From: a candidate division FCPU426 bacterium
Lineage (GTDB): Bacteria > Oederibacteriota > PGYV01 > Palsa-1178
Assembly: GCA_963840035.1 (NCBI GenBank)
Contig: CAWIXE010000001.1
Span: 128,001 to 192,000 of the forward strand
Direction: 5' to 3'
Length of the DNA: 64,000 nucleotides
The notes under the pieces are model-generated. The model had not been told where the DNA came from. It searched no databases and was given only the letters and a program-made list of their open reading frames with translations. Numbering within the stretch: the first letter of the stretch is position 1; each line of letters opens with the position of its first letter. Positions 1 to 8,447 of the stretch are shown piece by piece. Both the position numbers and the translations under genes were made by a program.

Positions 1-1778
1 CTCGCCTTTGCCATGGTCATTAAGTCCGCAAGCTCGTCTATGATGAGCACAATGAAAGGAAGCGACTTTTTATAATCCTCAGGCTGGACATCCGGGTCCT
101 TTCTTATCTCCTCGTTAAATTCCGCGACTTTCCTGTTGTATATCTCAATATTCTGCGCCCCTTCCTCGGAGAGCAGGTCGTACCTGGACTTCATCTCGTT
201 AACCAGCCTTTTTAGGACATACGCGGCATGCTTCGGGTCCGTAATGACAGGTGCGATAAGGTGCGGCATGTCGTTATACTGGGTAAGCTCGACTTTTTTC
301 GGGTCGACTAAAAGCATTTTCACTTCATCCGGCGAGGCTTTGAATAAGATGGACATAATTATGGAATTTATGCACACAGACTTTCCCGACCCCGTGGAAC
401 CGGCTATCATGAGGTGAGGCATGTCCTCCAGTTTGGCTATGATGGGTTTGCCGGATAAATCCCTGCCAATGGCAAGGGTCAACAGCGAATTGGATGAAGT
501 GAATTGTTCATCTTCTATAAGTTCCTTAAGGTAAATGGTCTTTTTGTCCGACTTCGGCACTTCAATGCCAAGCAGCGACTTTCCCGGGACCGGCGCAACC
601 CTGACCATCTCAACCTGCATGGCCATGGCAATGTCGGCGGACAGGTTCTCTATCTTTGCCACTTTCACGCCTGTTGCCAGTTCCAGGTCGAAGCGGGAAA
701 TAACAGGGCCGTCCACGACATTTATAATCTCAACCTCTATGCCGAAGTTTGAAAGCGTCTTTTTTAATTTTTCCGCGTCCGAAGCATAATCATATTCCTT
801 TTCGGCCACGGCCGGTTTTTCCGATTTTAAAAGCGACGTGGGAGGCAGCGTGTAATCGCCTTTCATGATGACAGCCTGCGTCGCGGCCGATTTTTTTACG
901 TGGTCTTCCTGCTTTGTTATGGTAAGTTTTTCTTTTTTCTTGGGTTTTACTTCCTCAGTTTCCTCTTCTTCATCATCTTCCTTTTTTTTATCCTTCGATT
1001 TATCCGCCGGCTTATCCTTGTTTTTATCTTTACTCTTATTTTTTTCCTCTTCCTTTTCCTTGCCCTTAATCTTTCCCTTTTCTTCCTTGACCTTTGCCGC
1101 TGTTTCCTTTATGGAGCCGAAAAGCGTAACGCCTATTGAAGAAAGACCCTTCCATATGGCCGAGCCGCCTGCCGAAGCTATCTGCCAGACTGCTATCAGA
1201 AGTTTTTCCTTGCCTAAAAGCACCAGTGAGAGCGCCATCAAGAGGAACGAGACGATGTAAGCGCCGACCACGTTAAATACCTGGGTTAAGAACTTTGCCG
1301 TAAATTCGCCGATGATGCCGCCCGTAAAAAATATGGCGTCCTTGTCAAAAATGCGCAGATAAGCCGGAACCCCTGCCCAGAACTCCTTCATTGATTTTCC
1401 GTAGAAAGCGTCCACCCTGGCAAGTTTAAATATCTCATTTTCCGTGGTGTTGAATATTAGGGCGGCGAGCATGGATACTGAGACGGCGAGTATTGCAAAA
1501 CCCGTGAGTATTCCCGCCTCATTATGTATATGGTCCTTTTTCATCATGTTTAAACCGAAAAAACCGATTATAAAAGGGACAATTACTGCTGTTTTGCCTA
1601 TGATTAAGTATAAAGACCTGGAAATGACCTCGCCGAAGGGCCCGAGGATGTTCTTATCCTTTACTGTAAGGAAAGAAACGAATACAAGGCCTGCTATAAT
1701 AAGGTAGCCAATGCCTGTGAAAACGTCATCGTCTTTGCCCTTTTTAGCGGCTGTTTTTGCTCCGGATTTTTTAGCCAA
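1..1778 (-). CDS. ftsK: FtsK/SpoIIIE DNA translocase (3' end runs off the window)
   Basis: Manual translation: TTG start after AGGAG, N-terminal TM segments, Lys-rich linker, HLMIAGSTGSGKSV (Walker A), LVDPKKVEL, IVLIIDELADLM (Walker B). Confidence 0.95.
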   Translation of the reverse strand, partial: MAKKSGAKTAAKKGKDDDVFTGIGYLIIAGLVFVSFLTVKDKNILGPFGEVISRSLYLIIGKTAVIVPFIIGFFGLNMMKKDHIHNEAGILTGFAILAVSVSMLAALIFNTTENEIFKLARVDAFYGKSMKEFWAGVPAYLRIFDKDAIFFTGGIIGEFTAKFLTQVFNVVGAYIVSFLLMALSLVLLGKEKLLIAVWQIASAGGSAIWKGLSSIGVTLFGSIKETAAKVKEEKGKIKGKEKEEEKNKSKDKNKDKPADKSKDKKKEDDEEEETEEVKPKKKEKLTITKQEDHVKKSAATQAVIMKGDYTLPPTSLLKSEKPAVAEKEYDYASDAEKLKKTLSNFGIEVEIINVVDGPVISRFDLELATGVKVAKIENLSADIAMAMQVEMVRVAPVPGKSLLGIEVPKSDKKTIYLKELIEDEQFTSSNSLLTLAIGRDLSGKPIIAKLEDMPHLMIAGSTGSGKSVCINSIIMSILFKASPDEVKMLLVDPKKVELTQYNDMPHLIAPVITDPKHAAYVLKRLVNEMKSRYDLLSEEGAQNIEIYNRKVAEFNEEIRKDPDVQPEDYKKSLPFIVLIIDELADLMTMAKA

Positions 1779-1879
1779 TTTTGTCTCCTGGTTGTTTTTA
1801 TGATTATATTATAATTGCGGGTAAATTCAATGTAAATCTTGAGAACCTTGGTCCAAGATCTAAAAGAGCATGTATATGT

Positions 1880-2095
1880 AATCCCACTCGTCCTCGCGCG
1901 AGCGCGAGGACTGGACCGGGGATTACGAGTCAGTAAATTTTCGCGCCCTTGCGTTATGTAACCTGGATCCCATTGTATAGTGTCCTCGCAGGCTCGGACG
2001 CCGATCCCCCTCGTCATCGCGCTGAAGCGCGATGACTTGATCGGGGATTAAGAGCCCGTAAATTTTCGCGCCTTCCAGCGAAAATTAACGGGCTC
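1880..2095. repeat. Two tandem ~70-bp hairpin units followed by a third hairpin
   Basis: ATCCC.CTCGTC(C/A)TCGCGC..GCGCGA(G/T)GACT.GA.CGGGGATTA.GAG...GTAAATTTTCGCGCC at ~1881-1947 and ~2004-2072. Confidence 0.75.
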
Positions 2096-2099
2096 TAAA

Positions 2100-2140
2100 C
2101 AAAAACAACGTGGAACCCAAAAAAGCTCCACGTTGTTTTG
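2100..2140 (-). terminator. Intrinsic terminator of the small-peptide transcript
   Basis: Minus strand AAAACAACGTGGAGC-loop-GTTCCACGTTGTTTTT. Confidence 0.7.
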
Positions 2141-2176
2141 ATGTTACCCCTTTTGCTAGTTCCAATAAAAGAGTAC

Positions 2177-2215
2177 TTATTTTTTTTTCTTCTTTGCTGC
2201 TTTTTTCTTTGCCAT
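2177..2215 (-). CDS. Putative 12-aa Lys-rich peptide MAKKKAAKKKKK
   Basis: AAAGGGGG RBS, ATG, TAA; dedicated promoter upstream and terminator downstream. Confidence 0.55.
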   Translation of the reverse strand: MAKKKAAKKKKK

Positions 2216-2312
2216 TTGGATATCCCCCCTTTCAGTTTGAGAGATCTTTTTGTGAAGCTATTTGACTGCTTTCTGTATCTTGTGTCTGTCAATTTCCTCG
2301 AACTCTACATAT

Positions 2313-2340
2313 AGTATATATATTAAAGTTTTTTTGTCAA
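2313..2340 (-). promoter_or_regulatory. Sigma70-type promoter
   Basis: TTGACA-N16-TATACT on the minus strand. Confidence 0.7.
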
Positions 2341-2542
2341 TGATTTTATTGGTCAATACGGGTGTTTATAGGCATTTTTAACGTTTTTTTGCTTGTTTTT
2401 TTCGTTTTTTGCCTGTTTTCAAAGAATTCTATTGACTTTTTTTCCACATATTATGCACAGTAAGGTTGGACTAACATTGTTAAGGCATTTTCAATTTTGT
2501 ATTTTCAATTTTCAATTAATATCAAAAACATCAGCGCACATA

Positions 2543-2579
2543 AATAAAAAGACGCGGCTTTTACCGCGTCCTTTTATTT
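2543..2579. terminator. Terminator downstream of pgm
   Basis: AAATAAAAAGACGCGG-ctttta-CCGCGTCCTTTTATTT. Confidence 0.7.
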
Positions 2580-2614
2580 AATTGAAAATATAAAATTTAA
2601 AATAGAAAATTGTT

Positions 2615-4042
2615 TTATTGCGTTACAAACTTCTCCCCTTCATTCATAATATCCGCCAGGGTTTTTTCGTCCTTTGCCTCGCCGTAAAGCCTTACTATCG
2701 GCTCTGTTCCTGAGAACCTTGTCATTATCCATGTGTCTTCGCCGAGCATGAATTTAAAACCGTCGACAGTGATTGTTTCCTTTACTTCATATTTTCCTAT
2801 TTTCGCCATCTTCACTGTTTTTAACTTCTTTACAAGCGCTTCTTTTTTGGCGTCGGTGAGCCTGAAGTTTTTTCTGCTGTTTATGAACGGGCCTGTCTGC
2901 GCCTCAAGTTCCTTGACCAGGGTTTTTACGTTTTTCTTCGTCCTTGCCGCCATCTCCACCACGAGCAGGCAGGCGATGATGCCGTCTTTTTCAGGCACGT
3001 GCCTGTATATGGTCAGGCCGTTTGATTCCTCGCCGCCTATGATGATGTCCTCTTTTGTCATTATCTCGCCGATGTACTTGAATCCCACGGGCGTCTCGTG
3101 CAGCTTCAGTTTGTGCATCTTCGCCACTTTGTCTATCATGTGCGAAGTCGCCACGGAGCGCACCACGGAACCGTGCCAGTCCTTCCTTGTTTTTACAAGG
3201 TAGTCAAGCAGCAGCGGAAGTATCTTATTTGCCTGTATGTATGAGCCGTCCGAGTCGATTATTCCGTACCTGTCCCCGTCGCCGTCGGTTGCCACGCCTA
3301 AAATCGCCTTTTCCTTCTTTACCATGGCTATTAAATCAGCCACGTTCTTCTCAGCGGGTTCAGGCGGAAAGCCGCCGAAAAGGCAGTCTTTCTTGTCGTT
3401 TATAACCTTAATATTCGCCCCGGCCTCGGCTAAGAGCCTGTCTAAGTATCCCCTGCCTGTTGAAAAGAGCGGGTCAACGATTATCTTCAATTTTGACTTT
3501 TTTATGACGGAAAAATCCACTATCTGCTTAATCCTGTCGAGGTATTCCTCAGATGGGTCAAATACCTTTATAAGCCCCTGCTTTACTGCCGTATCCATAT
3601 CAACTGTTTTTACCATCTTTACTTTTTTAATATTAGCTTCTATCTGGTCAGTGTCGGCAGGTGTAGCCGGGCCGCCCCAGGAGGGTGAAAATTTAAGGCC
3701 GTTATATTCAGGAGGGTTATGCGAAGCGGTGAAATTGATGCCTCCGGCAGCTTTCTTCCTTATTATCTGATAGGCGATAACAGGCGTTGGAGTGTCCCTG
3801 TCGCAGAGCAGGGCCTTTATGCCGTTTCCGGCCATGACTTCCGCGGCTGTCTGTGAGAACTTATCCGATAAGAACCTGGCGTCGCCCCCTATAATAACGG
3901 GCTTGCCCGCGAGCTCTTTTTTTGACTTTATAAAGGCGGCAATAGCCTGGCACACGGTCTTTACGTTATCAAACGTAAAGTCGTCGCTAATAATGCCCCT
4001 CCAGCCTGATGTGCCGAACTTGATATCTGATTTGTTTGCCAT
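2615..4042 (-). CDS. Phosphoglucomutase/phosphomannomutase family protein
   Basis: FGTSGWRG, TASHNP catalytic Ser, DGDGDR metal loop, GEES, RFSGTEP. Confidence 0.95.
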   Translation of the reverse strand: MANKSDIKFGTSGWRGIISDDFTFDNVKTVCQAIAAFIKSKKELAGKPVIIGGDARFLSDKFSQTAAEVMAGNGIKALLCDRDTPTPVIAYQIIRKKAAGGINFTASHNPPEYNGLKFSPSWGGPATPADTDQIEANIKKVKMVKTVDMDTAVKQGLIKVFDPSEEYLDRIKQIVDFSVIKKSKLKIIVDPLFSTGRGYLDRLLAEAGANIKVINDKKDCLFGGFPPEPAEKNVADLIAMVKKEKAILGVATDGDGDRYGIIDSDGSYIQANKILPLLLDYLVKTRKDWHGSVVRSVATSHMIDKVAKMHKLKLHETPVGFKYIGEIMTKEDIIIGGEESNGLTIYRHVPEKDGIIACLLVVEMAARTKKNVKTLVKELEAQTGPFINSRKNFRLTDAKKEALVKKLKTVKMAKIGKYEVKETITVDGFKFMLGEDTWIMTRFSGTEPIVRLYGEAKDEKTLADIMNEGEKFVTQ

Positions 4043-4158
4043 AATAAGCCTCCGTTGAGTTGAAAATGGGTAATTAAGACCGTCTATATAATATAATAAT
4101 CAGGTTTTTTTTCAAGGGGAAAATTAGTGTTACCTTATTGCGAATTTAATCCGTTGAA

Positions 4159-4629
4159 TTATTTGTTCTTTTTATGATAAAAGAAGTCACTAATAGCTTT
4201 CCCATCTTTTATAAAGTAATATCCCAAACACATATACAAAACAAGTAGTATTGGTCTGAGTAACAAAGCAACTTTGTCTATATTTGATATTTTTTTTGCA
4301 ATTACGTCGAACAATTCTGGTAAGCCATAAACAAAACACAAAGACCCAATTACTTTCAAAACCAATAAAAATACTTTTTTTGCTTGCATATTGTCTGTTT
4401 GATTTATTTTTAGTTTTCTATAAAACAACAAACTTATTGCATCTGATTTATAAGCACATAAAAGTATTATAAACGGCATAAATATTGTAAACATTGCTGA
4501 AAAAATCAGCACGGATTTATCCATGCTCCACGGAATGCCAAAATTAGATGCCCAAAATCCGATATTATTTATAAACACATAAACTAATATGATCTTTAAT
4601 GACAAGGAAAACAGCGCTCTTCTATTCAT
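4159..4629 (-). CDS. Low-GC 4-TM membrane protein
   Basis: Hydrophobic ORF; likely start MNRR overlapping the upstream stop; resembles 4622-5155. Confidence 0.7.
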   Translation of the reverse strand: MNRRALFSLSLKIILVYVFINNIGFWASNFGIPWSMDKSVLIFSAMFTIFMPFIILLCAYKSDAISLLFYRKLKINQTDNMQAKKVFLLVLKVIGSLCFVYGLPELFDVIAKKISNIDKVALLLRPILLVLYMCLGYYFIKDGKAISDFFYHKKNK

Positions 4630-5155
4630 TTTGTTTTGCTCTAACAAGGCTATGATATAGTAGTTTTGCTCCAGATAAAAAATATAAGCCTAATACTATA
4701 TTAATTAATGCCGGTGCAAGTTCCATAAAATCCTGCATGCTCATAACATACATTCCTTCATCAACATTCAAATCGTTTGGCATAATATGATTTACACTAT
4801 AAGACAATAGTTTAATCCCTCTGATTATGCAATAAACTCCAACAAGCCTGAGTATCGTTCTAAATAAAGGCAGCTCCGAGAAACCTTTTTTCATATTTTT
4901 ACCATCAACGATAAAATAATCCGTCATCTTCTTTTCTGTAGCAAAAATAAAAAATGCAATTATACCCGACAATATTGGCGAAAGCCATAAAACAAACACT
5001 TTCCAACGTAATAATTCCGGAGCATACTTTGCAAGTTTTGTTGATTGAAGGTACTGAATTGTGGGAAAAAGTGAAGCCAGACTGGTTAAGGCTTGAATTG
5101 CTGCATAAATGGCCAGCAGTTTAAGTCCTGCTGAGAATATCTCTTTATTATTCAT
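4622..5155 (-). CDS. Low-GC 4-TM membrane protein
   Basis: 177-aa ORF, AAGGGG RBS, four hydrophobic segments. Confidence 0.75.
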   Translation of the reverse strand: MNNKEIFSAGLKLLAIYAAIQALTSLASLFPTIQYLQSTKLAKYAPELLRWKVFVLWLSPILSGIIAFFIFATEKKMTDYFIVDGKNMKKGFSELPLFRTILRLVGVYCIIRGIKLLSYSVNHIMPNDLNVDEGMYVMSMQDFMELAPALINIVLGLYFLSGAKLLYHSLVRAKQNE

Positions 5156-5252
5156 ATTGTCCCCTTTTTACCTAAAAAATTTAACCCGTTTAATTTTATC
5201 ACTTTGCTAATCCAAATCAAGCTGTTTTATTTTCAAAACGGCTGCCGCTTTT

Positions 5253-5492
5253 TCACCCTCTCCCCATCCCTACCCCATCAAGGGGGAGGGGGTTTTCAAA
5301 AAATCAATCCGCTCAAAAACCTTAGTTCTTTGATGTTTCTAGCCATGGAACCTTTTTCCCCGGGCGGTGTCTCCCTAAGTAGCGGTGGTAGCCGCAACCT
5401 CCACGTCCATCGTAGCTTTAGCGGAGACGGATCAGGTTACGATATGCCGGCAGTTAATACCTGCCTTACGCGGCCTAAAGGCCGCGGCTACC
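5253..5492. repeat. Cluster of REP-like palindromes (CCCTCTCCC/GGGGAGGG type and a GTAG/CTAC pair)
   Basis: caccctctccccatccctaccccatcaaggggagggg; ggtagccgcaacct...aggttacg; cgcggcctaaaggccgcggctacc. Confidence 0.65.
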
Positions 5493-5529
5493 AACCCGAT
5501 ATGGGGCCGCAATCTAAAACCGGAAGGAA

Positions 5530-6480
5530 GTGGCTGTTATGTTCGCATCAGACCGTGATACAAAGGGTGTCGTCAGCGCGTACGGGATCTCAGTGGTTGT
5601 TCATGTCGCTGTTTTGCTGTTGTTCCTTTCCTATGCAAGGAACAGGGAAATGTCCTCTGAAAAATACAGCCTAACGGAAATAACATTTTTGGAATCCATA
5701 CCTGACATTGAAAAACCCATGCAGATCGAAAAGCCGCGCAATGTCTTTGACTTCTTAAAACAGGCTATCCCTGTCAAAGCCTCCGTGATACAGCCGGCGA
5801 ATAGCATCCCCGCGATAAAGCCTCTGCAGACTTCAGCGGATATGCTGAAAAAGCCCGCCCTGAGCATGGATAAATCAGCGGGTAAATTAACTGCGAAATT
5901 AAACACAATAGACCTTGATAATGAGATAGGAAAGAACAAGCTTTCCCCGGCGCTCATCAAAAAAAATATTGAGACTGCCGGAAAAAGCACTGAATTACAG
6001 ACAGGTACCCGCGCCATAAACCTGGACAACAGCAAAAATACCGCACTGCCAAAAACAGGTTCCCCCATTCAGCTTGCGCTGGCAAGCGGGCAAAACACAT
6101 CTAAAAAAATGGCCCGGGAGATAATTATCAGCAAAACACCTGAACCCGTAAAAAAAGAGGATAACAGCGGGGCTGTAAATATCCCGCAGAAACAGGCGCT
6201 GCTTATACAGGGGAATGTTTCCGGAAGGAGGATTCTTGTCTCAAAAAAACCTCTTTATCCGCGGTGGGCGCAGGACTCCGGCATAACCGCGGCTGTCACT
6301 CTTTTTTTCACGGTCACGGCCTCTGGGGAAGTAAAATCCACGGCCATGATAGAAAGGACTTCCGGTTATCCTGAACTCGATGAACTGGCCAGGGAAGCGC
6401 TCCTTGCCTTCCGGTTTGAACCTTTAACTTCAGAAACTGACCAGACCGGATATGCCACGTTCAGGTATATGCTGGAGTGA
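5530..6480 (+). CDS. TonB-family energy transducer protein
   Basis: N-terminal TM with SxxxH (ISVVVHV); C-terminal TonB domain YPRWAQ...G.V...TSGYPELDELAREAL..FRFEP. Confidence 0.8.
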   Translation: MAVMFASDRDTKGVVSAYGISVVVHVAVLLLFLSYARNREMSSEKYSLTEITFLESIPDIEKPMQIEKPRNVFDFLKQAIPVKASVIQPANSIPAIKPLQTSADMLKKPALSMDKSAGKLTAKLNTIDLDNEIGKNKLSPALIKKNIETAGKSTELQTGTRAINLDNSKNTALPKTGSPIQLALASGQNTSKKMAREIIISKTPEPVKKEDNSGAVNIPQKQALLIQGNVSGRRILVSKKPLYPRWAQDSGITAAVTLFFTVTASGEVKSTAMIERTSGYPELDELAREALLAFRFEPLTSETDQTGYATFRYMLE

Positions 6481-6485
6481 GTTAT

Positions 6486-6682
6486 GTAGTCGCACCCTCT
6501 ACGCTTCGAGATGCCCTTGTGAGCTTAGCGAGCAAATATTAAATCATAATAATACCTCTCATCTTGTCGAGTACTCTCGACTTCGGGGTGCGTACGCGGT
6601 GAAGGTATGTGAACTGTCCATAGTATGCTTGCTCATTTGCCTGTTTTAGGCGCAGGCCGATGGGACGCAGGCCTGCGACTAC
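6486..6682. repeat. GTAG...CTAC REP pair with an insertion in the first REP loop
   Basis: gtagtcgcaccc[...]ttcggggtgcg ... cgcaggcctgcgactac. Confidence 0.6.
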
Positions 6683-6738
6683 GAAAACATGCTCAGGCCA
6701 AAAAAATAAAAACACATCCGCCGGAACATATACATGCA

Positions 6739-7365
6739 TTATGCCCCTGCCCAGGTGCCCACCATTGGCACAAACCTTACCGGAATTATGTCTTGTGTTA
6801 TAATTTCACCGTGCTTTTTTGTCATAAGGAAGAGCTCCTGGTAAAAAGTGCCGAGCGGCATGACTATGCGGCCGCCTTCTTTTACCTGGTCAATAAACGC
6901 CCGCGGTACTTTTTCCGCGGCGCACGCCGCTATTATGGCGTCATATGGGGCGTGCTTTTCCCAGCCAAGCCCGCCGTCAGCGTTGCTGATATGAATATTT
7001 TTATAGCCAAGCCCTTCCAGCCTTGTTGCGGCTTGCTTTGCCAGCACCGGATTTATCTCCACGGAATATACTTCCCCGCAAAGCTCCGCCAGTATCGCCG
7101 CCTGATATCCTGAGCCGGTGCCGATTTCCAGCACCTTTTCATTTCCTTTCAGCCCCATGAGTTCAGTCATCAGCCCCACTATGTAAGGCTGGGATATGGT
7201 CTGCTCCTGGGCAATCGGCAAAGGCGTGTCTTCATACGCGTAAGCCCGCTCATCTTCAGGGACAAAAAGGTGCCTTTTGACTTTTTTCATGGCGTTAAGC
7301 ACCCTTTCGTCCTTTACGCCCTGCGCCCTTATTTGGGACTCTACCATTTCCGCGGCTTTGTCCAT
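6739..7365 (-). CDS. pcm: Protein-L-isoaspartate O-methyltransferase
   Basis: RHLFVP, AYEDTPLPI..QTISQP, VLEIGTGSGY, APYDAII, VRFVPM. Confidence 0.95.
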   Translation of the reverse strand: MDKAAEMVESQIRAQGVKDERVLNAMKKVKRHLFVPEDERAYAYEDTPLPIAQEQTISQPYIVGLMTELMGLKGNEKVLEIGTGSGYQAAILAELCGEVYSVEINPVLAKQAATRLEGLGYKNIHISNADGGLGWEKHAPYDAIIAACAAEKVPRAFIDQVKEGGRIVMPLGTFYQELFLMTKKHGEIITQDIIPVRFVPMVGTWAGA

Positions 7366-7378
7366 GATCTTTCCTGAA

Positions 7379-8161
7379 TTACTTAAATAATGAATTCAGG
7401 AATTCAACAGCCGCAATCCACGACCTTTTGTCGGCTTTTTCATTGTACGCCGCTCCTTTTGCAGGGTCATTTCCCGCGCCTTTATCGGTGAACGCGTGGA
7501 CAGCGCCGCCGTACGCGGTCAGGTACCAGTCCACTTTTGCGTCTTCCATTTCCTTTTTAAAGGCCTCGATCTGCGTCCACGGCACGTTCGGGTCATCCGC
7601 GCCGGTCAATACGATTATCCTCGCCTTTATGCTCTTCGCGTCATCCGGGTTCGGGGTGTCAAGGTTGCCGTGAAAAACTATAACTCCTTTTGTCTCAGCC
7701 CCGCTCCTTGCAAGCTCCAGCGCGCAGCCGCCGCCGAAACAGTAACCCGCGACAACTGTCCTCTCCGGGTCCACATACGGCAATTCCTTCATTTTCTTAA
7801 GGCCTGCCGCGGCCCTTTCCCTCATTAATTTCCTGTCAGCCCTGTACTTGCCGGCTTGCTCCCCTGCTTCCTTTGCGTCCTTAGGCCTTATCCCCTGCCC
7901 ATAAATATCCGCGACAAAGACCGCATAGCCCATTTCCGCAAACATGCGCGCCCTCATTTTTTCGTATTCTCCCGGGCCTTTCCACTGGTGTATGATCATA
8001 ATACCCGGCGCTTTCCCCTTTACCGCAGCGTTATAAACCGCGTACCCCTCCAGCGTGTTACCTCCCTGCTCGTACAGAATTGTTTGCTCTTTCAGGTCAG
8101 CCGCAATAAGACTTCCAAAAAGCAACAGCAAAAACGACGGAACAATCAGCAATGCCTTCAC
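7379..8161 (-). CDS. Dienelactone hydrolase family protein (signal peptide)
   Basis: GYCFGG nucleophile motif, ADD acid, YGGAVHAF His. Confidence 0.9.
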   Translation of the reverse strand: MKALLIVPSFLLLLFGSLIAADLKEQTILYEQGGNTLEGYAVYNAAVKGKAPGIMIIHQWKGPGEYEKMRARMFAEMGYAVFVADIYGQGIRPKDAKEAGEQAGKYRADRKLMRERAAAGLKKMKELPYVDPERTVVAGYCFGGGCALELARSGAETKGVIVFHGNLDTPNPDDAKSIKARIIVLTGADDPNVPWTQIEAFKKEMEDAKVDWYLTAYGGAVHAFTDKGAGNDPAKGAAYNEKADKRSWIAAVEFLNSLFK

Positions 8162-8276
8162 GATAAACCTCCGGAAATACCCGTAACAACGCGGGTAAAA
8201 TTTTTTGGCTGGATTTTTAGAAGTGTATTACAATTATATATGAAAGAAACCCCATAGTCAAATACCGGGGGTTTTA

Positions 8277-8384
8277 GATACTGTACGTAATAGTGTGTAA
8301 ACTCGGAACCGGGCACCTCCCCTCTCCCTCCATGGGAGAGGGAAAATAGAACAAAACAATTCACACACAATTAATGACAGTCCC
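8277..8384. mobile_element. MITE with IS256-like terminal inverted repeats
   Basis: IRs GATACTGTACGTAATAGTGTGTAAACT / rc GGGACTGTCATTAATTGTGTGTGAATT; flanking direct repeat GGTTTTA (8270-8276, 8385-8391); internal CCCTCTCCC hairpin. Confidence 0.65.
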
Positions 8385-8447
8385 GGTTTTATAAATAAAA
8401 AAAGCGGGGCCTCCTTTTCAGGCAGCCCCGCCTTTTTGCCTTTTTGC

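Noticed and set aside
1694..2292. ORF-track calls 1694-2017 and 2095-2292
   Set aside because: They run across hairpin repeats and a terminator; the RBS-supported frames are ftsK and the 12-aa peptide
136..4058. Plus-strand ORFs opposite ftsK and pgm, and similar antisense ORFs throughout the window
   Set aside because: Shadow frames of well-supported genes
4143..5195. Integron cassette or dif module
   Set aside because: No attC R/L box structure, no XerD arm TTATGTTAAAT, and no integrase in the window
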